From Octopus vulgaris (Eukaryota), in the NCBI GenBank assembly GCA_951406725.2, contig OX597824.1, forward strand, positions 78,678,001 through 78,742,000: 64,000 nucleotides of DNA, given 5' to 3'. Of this stretch, positions 42,094 to 54,094 are shown in pieces. The translations under genes and the position numbers were made by a program. The notes under the pieces were generated by a model, which was not told the origin of the DNA, did not search any database, and was given only the letters and a program-made list of their open reading frames with translations. The number at the start of each line of letters is the position of its first letter. Position 1 is the stretch's first letter.

Positions 42094-42769
42094 TTAACAT
42101 AAAAATAATGGGTTTCAAATACAGATACAATGTGGTCATAAATATTGGGGGAGGAATGGAGAAATGTAGGTGATCTAATGGGGAACGGTTCCCAGAACTC
42201 ACTTGTAAATACCAGTTTCATATTTACTGACTCTGAAGAACTGGGGGAAATAAGAAGCAAAAATTAATATTTTGGGGATTTGAACAAATGTGTAAGGAAG
42301 TGTGAAACTAGTTTGTTGTCATTGATGTATTATAACTGCTTCAGATAATTCCTGTTTTTAAAGGGCTTATTTTTAGAATCATATGGCTGTGATATTTTTA
42401 TTTTTAACCCCAGCAAGAAGGTTATGTTTTTGCAAGCATTGGTTTGGGAAATTGGGCGATTTTCAGCATGCATGTATATGGGTAGAAATGAGCTGCTTGG
42501 CAGAGGTCTGTGCCCTCCGAGTGCTTTTCTAGTTATTAAATATTATTGGCTCCCAAACTGCTTAGACTATTGTCATATCTGTTGCTTATGCTGCATGTGC
42601 GAAAGCGGTTGGTTGATTCAACCAAATCTTCTATATGACTGGTACTTTATTTTTACCAATACCGAAACAATGAAAAAACAAAGTCAGCCTCAGCAGAAAC
42701 AAGAATGTAAAAGAGGAGCATTACCAAATACTAGCTACGACAAATTTTATGAACGATGCTCTACTAATT

Positions 42770-43165
42770 CTTATTTCTTTATTGCCCACAAGGGGCAACA
42801 TAGAGGGGACAAACAAAGACAAAGGGATTAAGTTGATTACATCGACACCAATTTGGTAAAATAACTTAGTTATCATTAAGCTAGCGTTAGGAACATAAAT
42901 TGTGACTAAGATTTGGTGAAAGATTTTGATTGAAAACTTATGAAAACAAGACATTTGTATTCAGGGCCAGAGCCGGTTTCAGCCGGGTTGGTAACGAAAG
43001 GGTTAACATAAAAATCATGGGTTTCAAATATAGATACAATGTGGTCATCCGAAAGGATGAAAGGCAAAGTTGACTTCGGCGGAATTTGAACTCAGAACGT
43101 AATGGCAGACGAAATACCGCTAAGCATTTCGCCCGTCATGCTAACGTTTCTGCCAGCTCACCGCC
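42770..43165 (-). mobile_element. SINE B interrupted by a 199 bp copy of 41941-42139
   Basis: SINE sequence breaks at CATCGACACC and resumes at CCGAAAGGATG. Confidence 0.85.
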
Positions 43166-43478
43166 TAATTCTGCCATTAAACTGACCTTGATGCATAATA
43201 ATAACAATTATATAACATGAAAAATGACAACTGTAAATGTATTATACTAAAATTAAATTTAACAAGGACAATTTCTTTTTTATTTTTTGTTTCTATTTTT
43301 CTGTTGTATTTTGAGGGAAATCATTAGAAAGAACATTTTTTTTTTTTTGGTTTTTCATTGATTAAAATTTTTATTTAAAAATAAGAAAAACTGCAACGAA
43401 AATTTGTGAAGAGAATGTATTTGATTTGATAATCTATGCTTTAACACACACAAATACCTATACTTGTACACACACACA

Positions 43479-43735
43479 GGGTAAAGACCCCCTTCGGTCA
43501 TGAATGACCATGGGATTGCACCTAGAAAGTTACCCTCCTAGACACAAGTCCGGGCAAGGTTGTTTATGGAAGACCAGCAATCGCCCATGCATACCAGCCT
43601 CCCCTCTCCACGCCACCAGTGTTATCCTAGGGAACGACAAAGGTCGATAAAGCTTGGCATCAGTGACGTCGCAACTCATTTCTACAGCTGAGTGAACTGG
43701 AGCAACGTGAAATAAAGTGTCTTGCTCAAGAACAC
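43479..43735 (-). mobile_element. SINE family C 3' part
   Basis: Tail and central domain. Confidence 0.8.
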
Positions 43736-44072
43736 ACACACACACACACATGTATATATAGAAATTAAATAAAGAGACATTCGTAAATATTAACAAATGA
43801 AACCATGGTACATAGGTAATCGTTGTATTTTGTATATTTTCATTTGCCTTGCTCATTTTTACATTCTGGCAGTTGCTGAAATTTTCTTGAGAACACACCC
43901 TTCATGGTAAGGCAATTTGATGTCTGTTTTTAGCATATTAGGAATCCACTTTCATGGCCATTCCTCTTATATTTGTTTGTAAAATATGTGTGTGAGCATC
44001 AAAGTAAAGCATACCCAAGAAAACAATTATATATCAACATAAAACACTCATATATACATGCATATATATACA

Positions 44073-44278
44073 CAGGGTGTCCCAAAAAAATGTATACACA
44101 CTTTAACAGCTGATAACTCATTTGATATTTTTTCTTTCCAGATGAAACCTATAGGATTTAATGATGGCAGTCAGATTAAGCTTTGAACAAAGAAAATTCA
44201 TTCTAAAATGATATTGGAAGTGTGAAAATGCAGTTGAAGTGCAAAAACAGTTAAAGTATGCATACATTTTTTTGGGAC

Positions 44279-44284
<6 letters not shown>
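44073..44284 (+). mobile_element. Tc1/mariner-type internally deleted element (MITE)
   Basis: TIRs CAGGGTGTCCCAAAAAAATGTAT / ATACATTTTTTTGGGACACCCT; interior MMAVRLSFEQRKFILK*YWKCENAVEVQKQ resembles a DUF4817-type transposase N-terminus. Confidence 0.8.
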
Positions 44285-44332
<48 letters not shown>

Positions 44333-44814
44333 GATGTCTATGCATGGTTATGTACATGTGAATGTTTCTATAAATCATTGTATATACAAAAATAACATGA
44401 GAGGGCAACCTGGGCTGTTTTATAAGTTGGTCTGTGGATAAGAAAATGTGAACGAAGTTAGTACTAGGCAGACCAATTCAATCTGTATGGAATATGGAAA
44501 AATATAAGAGCATAAAAACAATGATGATGATGATGATGATGATGATAACAAAAGTGAAAATTCATACACACCAAATGATCTGAGACAAGCAGTCTTGAGA
44601 ATGAAGAAATTCTTGAGAATAGAGAAGTGAACAGGGCACAAATGCACACATACACACATGCTGTCATACATCATAAGAACAACCGCTATACATATAAGCA
44701 CACAAGCATGGAGACATACTATAATACGCAGTACAGATATAAATGTATGTGCATAGATATACAGGATATACATACAATACAGTGAATAACATTTTGTGAT
44801 GATGTGTGTATGTG

Positions 44815-44850
<36 letters not shown>

Positions 44851-44857
<7 letters not shown>

Positions 44858-45361
44858 ATCAACCAGGCTATCAGATGTTGCCACACATCGCTGGTCACAA
44901 TGCGCTTCGCATTGTTTTAGCCTTCAAATCGCTAAACGATGATGATGATATATATATCACGTGATCAACCAGGCTATCAGATGTTGCCACACATCGCTGG
45001 TCACAATGCGCTTCGCATTGTTTTAGCCTTCAAATCGCTAAACGATGATGATGATATATATATCACGTGATCAACCAGGCTATCAGATGTTGCCACACAT
45101 CGCTGGTCACAATGCGCTTCGCATTGTTTTAGCCTTCAAATGACGCCACCCCGCTGGCTAAGCAAGGTCAACAGAAGAAAGAGTTAGAGAAAGTTGCGGG
45201 GAAAGAGTACAACAGGGATCGCCACCACCCCCTGCCGGAGCCTCGTGGAGCTTTAGGTGTTTTCACTCAATAAACACTCACAACGCCTGGTCTGGGAATC
45301 GAAATCGCGATCCTACGACCACAAGTCCGCTGCCCTAACCACTGGGCCATTGCACCTCCAC
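44851..45361 (-). mobile_element. SINE D-head variant with a different tail, tail triplicated (106 bp period)
   Basis: D-type head at 45170-45361; TCACGTGATCAACCAGG... units at 44851, 44957 and 45063. Confidence 0.8.
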
Positions 45362-45366
45362 ATATA

Positions 45367-45853
45367 TATATCTGTAAATATAATATGTGGTAATTATTCG
45401 GTAGCCATGATAAAACTCCAAGTTTCAGATATTGAGGAAGAAATCCATGCCGGCATCTCTTCAGTTATCAGGCCATCGAAAAAAATGCTATGAAAATGAC
45501 CGTTAAAACAGAAAATTACTGTGTGATTGACCATTATTAAGACAAAAGAGCTATTAGAATGACCGCTAAGGGGAGAGAGTAAAGGTAAGGGAGTAAAAAT
45601 GTAATCATAGTAATCATTTTTACTCCCTTACCTTTACTCCCTCCCCTCACTTAGTGGTCATTCTAATAGCTATTTTGTCCTAATAACAGTCAATCACACA
45701 GTAATTTTCCTTTGTTTTAACGGTCATTTTCATAGCATTTTTTCGATGGCCCAATAACTGAAGAGATGCCAGCATGGGTTTCCGCCCTGACATCCATAAC
45801 TCGGAGTTTTATCATGGCTACCAAGTAATTGTCTCATATTATATTTACAGATA
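45367..45853. repeat. ~490 bp imperfect palindrome (arms ~235 bp), each arm carrying a hammerhead motif; probable Penelope-like pLTR inverted pair
   Basis: 45367-45600 is the reverse complement of ~45614-45853, centred on TAATCATAGTAAT. Confidence 0.9.
45408..45470 (-). ncRNA. Type I minimal hammerhead ribozyme motif (intact core)
   Basis: Minus strand: tgataa CTGAAGA gatg...tatc t GAAA cttggag TT ttatca; 6 bp stem I, GUU triplet. Confidence 0.65.
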
Positions 45854-45919
45854 AATTACTCTCTTTACATAATATCGAAGTCTCTTTCATTCTTTTGTTG
45901 TCTTGCTATTTCTATCAAA

Positions 45920-45965
<46 letters not shown>

Positions 45966-46587
45966 GGCCGAAACAGCTGTAAGATGTAATTTATACTTAT
46001 ATTTATATTTACTTGTATTTATATTCTCTTTTATATATATTCTACTTATTATACAACATTACTCTTTTATGTACACTTTTTTATGTACACTGATTTGTTC
46101 TGCTTTTTATATTTAACCCTACAGTCTCTTATGTGGTGGTTTAATAAAGTATGTGATTGAGTATTATCTGGTAATTGATATTTGATTTAGATGTATTTCT
46201 CCATTTTCTTATCTTGTATATATATATATATATATCTTTGGTTAATGGAATGAGAAAACATATCCTGTATATGTAATGGAGTACACATATATATACATAT
46301 ATATGTGGGTGGGAGTGCATATGTGTGTGTGTGGTTGCATAAACATATACACTAGACATACAAACATGTCAAATTTACTTGTTTCCTCTGTAGACTGAAA
46401 GATATGACAAACAGCCATATACAATTTTCGGGTCTTATTGGGATTTCATCAGAGGTGTGTAGAGGTACATCACTGACCAATCCCACAAAAAACAAGTAAT
46501 CATTCTGTTTATGTACACATGAAATCTAGTAGCTCCAGAGAACTGGTGCCACTAATTTACATACCATTAGTACTTAACAAACAAACA

Positions 46588-46618
<31 letters not shown>

Positions 46619-46952
46619 GTAACCACTTACGTATCATACTTTATGTATAGATACATCTTTGACAGGCAAATAAGTTACTGTGGTATTTGTCTGAGATAAC
46701 ATCCCTGTTATGGAAGTGTTGTGTTTAAAGACACTATAGACATTGGAGGAAGACGAATATTCTCCCAGCAGCGGCTAGCAAGAACACCAGATGCATTTCG
46801 GACTGGTTCATTCTTATCAATAACATAATCACTGCCAGACACATGCCTAGGTAAGATCCGTTTCCTCTGATATAGAAAACGGTGAATAAAACATTTACTG
46901 ATGTGTGTGCGTTTGTGTGTGTGCGTGTGTGTATGTATGTATGCATGCATGC

Positions 46953-46992
<40 letters not shown>

Positions 46993-47092
46993 ATGTGTAT
47001 GCAATTATTGTTGTTTTTATCATTATTTTAGTGGAGTCAGTCTCTTGTTATGGTGTTGAATAGTCTATCTTTGAAAAGTCAACACTAAACAT

Positions 47093-47127
<35 letters not shown>

Positions 47128-47332
47128 TAAATACACACGTGTGTGTATGTATATGTGTGTGCCTGTGTATATACATATGTATGTGTATGTATGTATATAT
47201 ATTGGTAAAAACGGTAAGATAACAAAAGAAAGAAAGAGACCTCAATATTATGTAAATAGAGGAAATTTATCTGTAAAATAATATGTGACAATTATTCAAT
47301 AGCCAAGATAAAACTCTGAGTTTCGGATGGCC

Positions 47333-47395
47333 AGATAACTGAAGAGATGGTGTTGTGGATTTCCACCTCGGCATCCGAAACTCAGAGTTTTATCT
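47333..47395 (+). ncRNA. Type I minimal hammerhead ribozyme motif (intact core) within inverted repeat 47268-47432
   Basis: agataa CTGAAGA gatg...catc c GAAA ctcagag TT ttatct; same family as 45408-45470. Confidence 0.7.
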
Positions 47396-47552
47396 TGGCT
47401 ACTGAATAATTGTCACATATTATTTTACAGATATATATATATATATGAATGAATGAATGAATGAATGAATGAATTAATTAATTAATTAATTAATTAATGA
47501 GTGTGAAAATGTGACTATATACTTTATACAATAATCAAATATTTCATGTCCA

Positions 47553-47747
47553 TTAGTCCTTTTTGAACATAAAATTAGTCAGTTTAGAATTTGTTTCCTG
47601 TGACAAAATCTTCTTCTTCTTGCCATTCTGCTGACCCGACTCCTTGTTACCACTGCCACCACCATTTACAGATTCCTCGTTTGCTCGTTTACGCTTCTTC
47701 GCAGTCTTGACCTCTTCGGATTTACCATTCACCTTCTGTGACCAAAT
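47553..47747 (-). CDS. WDHD1: WD repeat and HMG-box DNA-binding protein 1 (AND-1/Ctf4), last coding exon
   Basis: Acceptor ttttgcag; IWSQKVNG..AKKRKR..TNSKLTNFMFKKD* parallels the vertebrate AND-1 end (VWANKAKG..AKKRKR..TNQKLSAFAFKQE, recalled from memory); phase 0. Confidence 0.92.
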   Translation of the reverse strand: MWSQKVNGKSEEVKTAKKRKRANEESVNGGGSGNKESGQQNGKKKKILSQETNSKLTNFMFKKD

Positions 47748-48264
47748 CTGCAAAAGAGACGTAAACATGGACAATGTAAGACGAACCATCTATGTATCAA
47801 TGGCGCATGAAGGCCACTGGTCATTACTGCCACCACCACCACTGTGAATTAACTAACACCACCACTCACAATCACTACCTCGGGTGCACATGCATCAACC
47901 AACACTACAAAGTCCACTGAGACGGCAAATAGTCTAATGATTGGTGTGTTACAGTCACAATCACAGGATTGTGGTTTCAATTCCCAGACTGGGCGGGAAC
48001 CCTTTTTGCCAGCTGAGTGGACTGGAGCAATGTGAAATAAAGTGTCTTGTTCAAGGACACAATGCGTCGCCAGGAATCGAACTCACGACCTTACAATCAT
48101 GAGCCGAATGCCCCTAACCACTAAGCCATGCACCTTCACACCTACAACCATCACCACTACTACTACTACTATCATCATTGCAAACACCACCACCATTAGT
48201 ACTACTACTGCCATCACTACCAGTACATGACCTATTACTACTAGTAGTAGTACTATCCAGGGGA

Positions 48265-48790
48265 TGGTGTGTGGCTTAGTGGTGGTTAGAGTGTTGGACT
48301 CATGATTGTAAGATTATGATTTCAATTCCTGGGTCAGGCAGCTCATTGTGTTCTTGAGCAAAACACTTCATTTCACTTTGCTGCAGTCCACTTAACAGGT
48401 AAAAATGAGTAATACTGCGACGGACCAACGTCCCATCCAGGTGGGGAATATATACGCCATAAAACCAGGAAACTGGCCCTTATGAGTCAGTGTGACTCAG
48501 AAAGGTAAATTTACCTTTTTTTAATACCATCCAGCATAATGAGATCCTTCTTGAGTCATAATAGACTCATAAGACCAGTTTCTGTGGCACATATATTTCC
48601 CCACCAGGTGGTGCCAGCGATCCGTTGTGGATTATTTATTTCTGCCACTAAAGTGGACTGGGGTCACATGAAGTGAAGTGTTTTGCTCAAGAACACAAAA
48701 ACACAATGTATCGCCCAGTCCAGGGATCGAAACCACAATCTTATGATCACGAGTCCAGCACCCTAACCACTAAGCCATGCAACTCCACAT
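48265..48790. mobile_element. Two diverged SINE C-variant copies tail-to-tail (+ 48265-48520, - 48545-48790)
   Basis: Head and central domain present in opposite orientations. Confidence 0.7.
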
Positions 48791-48959
48791 CCAGCACAAT
48801 GACTACCACTAATACCAGTATCACTAGTGCTACCAGCACAGCTAACATCCTAACACCACCACCACTACCACCCACACCACCAATACTATCACAACTACTA
48901 CTATTTCTACTACCACTATTGCTACTACCTCTACCATAATCACTACATCCACATCAATT

Positions 48960-49322
48960 ACTATCCCCAGCACCAATGCCAGCACCACCAACACAACCAC
49001 CACCACCAATGCCAGCACCATCAACACAACCATCACCACCAATGCCAGCACCACCACCACCACCAACACAACCACCACCACCAATGCCAGCACCACCAAC
49101 ACAACCACCACCACCAATGCCAACCACCACCACCACCAACACAACCACCACCACCAATGCCAGTACCACCAACACAACCACCAACATCACCACTACCACC
49201 AATGCCAGCTCCACCACCACTAACACATCCCCCACCAACAACACAACCACCACCACCACCAACACAACCACTACCACCAATGCCAGCACCACCAACACAA
49301 CCTCCACCACCACTACCAACAA
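48960..49322. repeat. ACC-based ~30 bp minisatellite (ACCAATGCCAGCACCACCAACACAACCACC)n
   Basis: Directly visible; intronic. Confidence 0.9.
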
Positions 49323-50007
49323 CATCTGCACTGAACAACTGACCAATCAACAACAACAGAGACAATCTCATCATTTAATAAGATGTCAAGTATAAAAGAT
49401 GAAAAGACCAAATGGGTTTGTATTGATTTTTGTATTGATTGGGTTAAAACAAGGAAAGTCTTTGAGTGTGTTTGTGTACATAACAATAATGTATGTCATC
49501 TTCATCATGAGAATCATCATCATTTTAACATCTACTTTTCCATTCTTGCATGAGCCAGACGAAAGACAAAACTCATTGGGGAAGATTTTCTATGGTCAGA
49601 TGGGTTTTTTTTTTCTTTTTCTTTATTTGTTTCCTTGTCACCAAACTTCATCCTTTTCCAAGTAAAGTATTATTTGCCCCCCGCCTACATCATTTAACAT
49701 GAATAGTACAAATAGCCAGACACGTTTTCACAGAAGACTGCACACAACTGACACTGTTTTCGCATGAATGGTGAATTTGTTAGCAAACAGTACACTGATG
49801 TTAAGACAAAGAGAAACACACACACACACACACACATACCATCACCACCACTCATACACATACCTATGCATGACAGGCATTTTATAGTCTGTCTACCAAA
49901 TTCACCTTGACCAAGCTACCGTGGAAAACTATACATTAAAATGATATATCTATATTTATATATGTGTGTGTGCATATATATTTATATGTATGTATATATA
50001 CATATAC

Positions 50008-50059
<52 letters not shown>

Positions 50060-50063
<4 letters not shown>

Positions 50064-50298
50064 TTCTTTATTGCCCGCAGAGGGCTAAACATAGAAGGAA
50101 CAAGCAAGGATGCAAGGATAGACAAAGGGATTAAATCAATTACATCGACCCCAGTGCATAACTGGTACTTATTTAATCAACCCCGAAAAGATGAAAGGCA
50201 AAGTTGACCTCGGCAGAATTTGAACTCAGAACGTAACAGTAGATGACATACCGCTAAGCATTTCGCCCAGTGCTCTAATGATTCAGCCAGCTCACCAC
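50060..50298 (-). mobile_element. SINE family B
   Basis: Family motifs. Confidence 0.8.
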
Positions 50299-50339
50299 TC
50301 TTATTATTATTATAATATATAAATATATATACGTATTAG

Positions 50340-51103
50340 AGCTGGTGGCACATAAAAAGCACCATTCAAGCATTGGGCCTCACAGAGGCAATATGGCCAA
50401 TGTGCTAGGGTCACGTAACTAGTATCTGTGCTAGGAGCACATAAAAAGCACCTTTTGAGCGTTTGGCCTCATGGAGGAAACGTGGCCAACGCCAGGCTGT
50501 GTAACTAGTACCTGGGCCAGTGGCACATAAAGAGCACCTTTTAAGGTACTGGACCTCACAGAGAAAATGTGGCTGATGCCAGGTTTGTATAACTAGTAAC
50601 TGTGCCAGTGAAATATAAAAAGCTCTGGTCAAGTGTAGGGCCTCACAGAGGCAATATGACCAATGGGTCATGAAACTAGCACCCATGCTGGTGGCATGTA
50701 AAAAGAACCTTTCAAGTGTTAGGCCTCAAGGAGACAATATGGCCAAGGCCAGTGTTGCATAACTAGCACCTGTGCCAAAGGCATGTAAAAGGCACCTTTT
50801 GAGCGTTGGGCCTCACGGAGGCAATGACACATGGCTGAGTCTCTTGGCGATATGCCGTGCTCGAGAAGACCCATGAAGCCAAGTGAAATTGTAATCATGG
50901 CAGATACTGGTGTCACGCAACTGGCACCAATGCCAGTGGCACATAAAAGCACCCATTACACTCTCAGAGTGGTTGGCATTAGGAAGGACATTCAGCCGTA
51001 GAAACCATGCTGAATCAGACTGGAGTCTTGTGCAACCCCTCAACTTACCAGCCCTGGTCAAATCGTCCAACCCATGCCAACATGAACAACAGACATTGAT
51101 GAT
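50340..51103 (+). mobile_element. Retroposon-like repeat: six diverged ~88 bp tandem units followed by an RTE-associated tail
   Basis: GGCACATAAAAAGCACC..TTGGGCCTCACAGAGGCAAT..GGCCAA..AACTAG units, then GGTTGGCATTAGGAAGGACATTCAGCCGTAGAAAC and a (GAT)n end. Confidence 0.6.
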
Positions 51104-51114
51104 GTGTGTATGTA

Positions 51115-51348
51115 CATGGCTGGCCAAAAGTCACCAGACAGTAAATCAAAACCATTTAACTCCAAGATTTATTTATGTTTAACAACTGAATGAATTTAAT
51201 AAAAGCATTTATATATGAAACATCATAAAAATTGTTCCAACTGAAGTCCTTCGTGAGCGACACCATTTTTCCAAATGAATAAATGGAATTGAATATTAAG
51301 TATTTATGGAATTCTGATTTAGTGTTGGGTGACTTTTGGTCAACCCTG
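51115..51348. mobile_element. Tc1/mariner-type MITE with TA target sites
   Basis: TA-CATGGCTGGCCAAAAGTCACC...GGTGACTTTTGGTCAACCCTG-TA; a further TIR copy starts at 51367. Confidence 0.75.
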
Positions 51349-51449
51349 TATGCATGTATGTATGTACAGGGTGGGTCAAAAGTCACACACCAAAACACGA
51401 CGTATTACTTTTATTATATTATTATTATTATTATCATTATTATTATTAG

Positions 51450-52107
51450 TCAGCAAGCTGGCAGAAACGTTAGCACGCCAGACGAAATGCTTAGCGGTAT
51501 TTTGACTGTCTTTACGTTCTGAGTTCAAATTCTGCCAAGGTCGACTTTGCCTTTCATCCTTTCAGGATCGATAAATTAAGTACCAGTTGCACATTGGGAT
51601 CAATAAATTAAGTACCATCTGCGCACTGAGGTCGATCTAATCGACTAGCCCCATCCCCAAAAATTTCAGGCCTTGTGCCTAGAATAGAAAAGATTATTAT
51701 TATCATTATTACTCTTTTACTTGTTTCAGTCATTTGACCGTGGCCATGCTGGAGCACCACCTTTAGTTGAGCAAATCGACCCCAGGACTTATTCTTTGTA
51801 AGCCTAGTACTTATTCTTTTAGAATCTTTTGCTGAACCGCTAAGTAATGGGGATGTAAAAACACCAGCATTGGTTGTCAAGCGATATTGAGGGGACAAAC
51901 ACAGACACACAAACATATGTACACACACACACACATATACATATATACAATGGGCTTCTTTCAGTTTCCATCTACCAAATCCACTCAGAAGGCTCTGGTC
52001 AGCCCGAGGTTATAGTAGAAGACACTTGCCCAAGGTGCCACGCAGTGGGACTGAACCCAGAACTATGTGGTTCGTAAGCAAGCTACTTACCACACAGCCA
52101 CTCTTAC
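51450..52107. mobile_element. SINE B (+, 51450-51693) and SINE A (-, 51710-52107)
   Basis: Family motifs. Confidence 0.85.
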
Positions 52108-52260
52108 GTCTATATTATTATTATTTTTATTAATCTGGTTCGTCACACGCATGTTCATTCATCATTACTTTATTTTATTCAATTTTAGGAAAATTTAAGC
52201 ATGTCTTTGACAATTCCGGAACATATTGAATTTATTTTGTGCATGCCTTGTGACCCATCC

Positions 52261-52305
<45 letters not shown>

Positions 52306-52910
52306 GTAAAATATTGATTTAGAAAACAAACATTAAATCGGGGTCAATGACTTTATATAACACCATGTTTCCATACATTTGATCATATATAAACATTACC
52401 ATGGCCTTCAACATATAAAAGAAATGCATATATAAAAGCACAGAAGGTAAAAAATATACATTCACATAAAAATATATTTTCATACATTTTTAAATTGAGG
52501 GGTAAAAACTTCTTTCAGTCGATTGATTTTTTTAGTCACTTGACACGTTTTAGTAATTCAATTTGATAACTTATTTTAGTCAATTTGTATACACCTTTTC
52601 TTGACAGGCCTTTCTATATAATTTGCATTTTTATATGCATATATATTTTTTTATCTTCTGTGCTTTTATATGTATTCCTTTTATATGCCGAAGGCCATTA
52701 TAATGTTTATATTTGATGAAATGTATGGAAGCGTGTTATTATATGAAGTCGTTGACCTGAATTTAATGTTTGATCTTTAATCAATATTTTTTTGCTTCTG
52801 TCTCAATTTCATTTGAGCAATTCTTTTTTGCAGTTCTATAAACCCTTTTGTCTTTTGTCTCCATAAAAAGAGGCCAAAAATTATTTCTTTATATATATAC
52901 ATATATATAA

Positions 52911-53245
52911 TGAAGGTGCATGGCACAGTGGTTAGAGCACCAAACCTACAATTGTGGGGTTGTGAGTTTGAATCCCGGACCGGGCTGCGTGTTGTGTTCT
53001 TGAGCAAGACACTTTATTTCACGTTGCTCCAGTTCACTCAGCTGTAGAAATGAGTCGAGATGTCACAGGTGCCAAGCTGTATCGACCCTTGCCTTTCCCT
53101 TGGATAACATCGGTGGTGTGGAGAGAGGAGGCCGGTATGCATAGGTGACTGCTGGGCTTCCATAAACAACCTTCCCTGGATTTGTGCCTGGGAGGGTAAC
53201 TTTCTAGGTGCAATCCCATGGTCAGTCATGACCGAAGAGGATCTC
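52911..53245 (+). mobile_element. SINE family C
   Basis: Full-length. Confidence 0.88.
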
Positions 53246-53435
53246 AGCATATACATAAATACTCCTGGAACTTGCTCACAAGGAACTAGAATATTATGTG
53301 TATACCACTCTGCCTAAATAATGGAACTGATGATGTAATATCCCTGCATATCTCACGTCTCTTTTCATTCCTCCACTTCACTCTCTATTTCTTATCTTCT
53401 CTAGAATAACTATTGCTTAACCATTCTCTCACACC

Positions 53436-53483
53436 GTCTCTGATGAAGGGATATATAAAATAACCCGGAAACAGTTGTAAGAC
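53436..53483 (+). ncRNA. Type I minimal hammerhead ribozyme motif, Penelope-like (antisense, in WDHD1 last intron)
   Basis: gtct CTGATGA a ggg atatataaaataa ccc g GAAA cagttg TA agac. Confidence 0.65.
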
Positions 53484-53542
53484 CTTCTATTTATAAATGT
53501 TCTGAAATCTTTCACAGTCTCGGACTTTTATCTCATTCTGTC

Positions 53543-53573
<31 letters not shown>

Positions 53574-53952
53574 CATACACACACACACTCATACACAGCC
53601 TATTTGATAGCGTATTAAATGCACCCCAATTTCAACAGTATGTATTCAGGAAAATTTTTTAATGCATTTAATGTAGGCTCAACCTTCATATATAGGGCCC
53701 AGGGTGATGTTTTTTTTTTTTTGAGACATTTTTCAGGAAAAAAAAAAGTGCATCTTATAATGCCATGCATGCACGAATACATACATAAATACACACACAC
53801 ACACACAAAAGTGTATGTATGTGTGTGCGTGTGTGTGTTTTTTAGTACATATATTGTTGCAGTGCTGTCAGTGGTCACACACAAAAGTTTACCTCTACCT
53901 ACGTATGTGTGAGTACATGCCATTTCTGTGCATTAAGCGAAACCTCCCTCAC

Positions 53953-54094
53953 CTCTTTCTCTTCACTGGGAAGCTCCTTGTATCTGCTTGTTGCCAACTG
54001 TTTTAGTTCGTCCGCTGACATGTCAGGGTTTTCTTCTTCAAGGTCATCTTTGTTTTCTTTAAACCAGGCGGGAAAACCAGATTTCACTGGAACA
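53953..54094 (-). CDS. WDHD1: WDHD1 exon encoding the HMG box
   Basis: tttccag / GTGAGG sites; VPVKSGFPAWFKENKDDLEEENPDMSADELKQLATSRYKELPSEEKE resembles the AND-1 HMG box; phase 2 in, 0 out. Confidence 0.93.

Noticed and set aside
46415-46460. Minus-strand CTGATGA...GAAA...TA hammerhead-like string
   Set aside because: Core words are present but stems I, II and III do not pair; at best a decayed relic
48842-49395. Extensin/mucin-like or Gly-rich ORFs
   Set aside because: Open in several frames on both strands because of an ACC-based minisatellite inside a WDHD1 intron
54087-54094. Alternative acceptor 8 nt inside the HMG exon
   Set aside because: Would shift the frame relative to the phase-2 upstream exon
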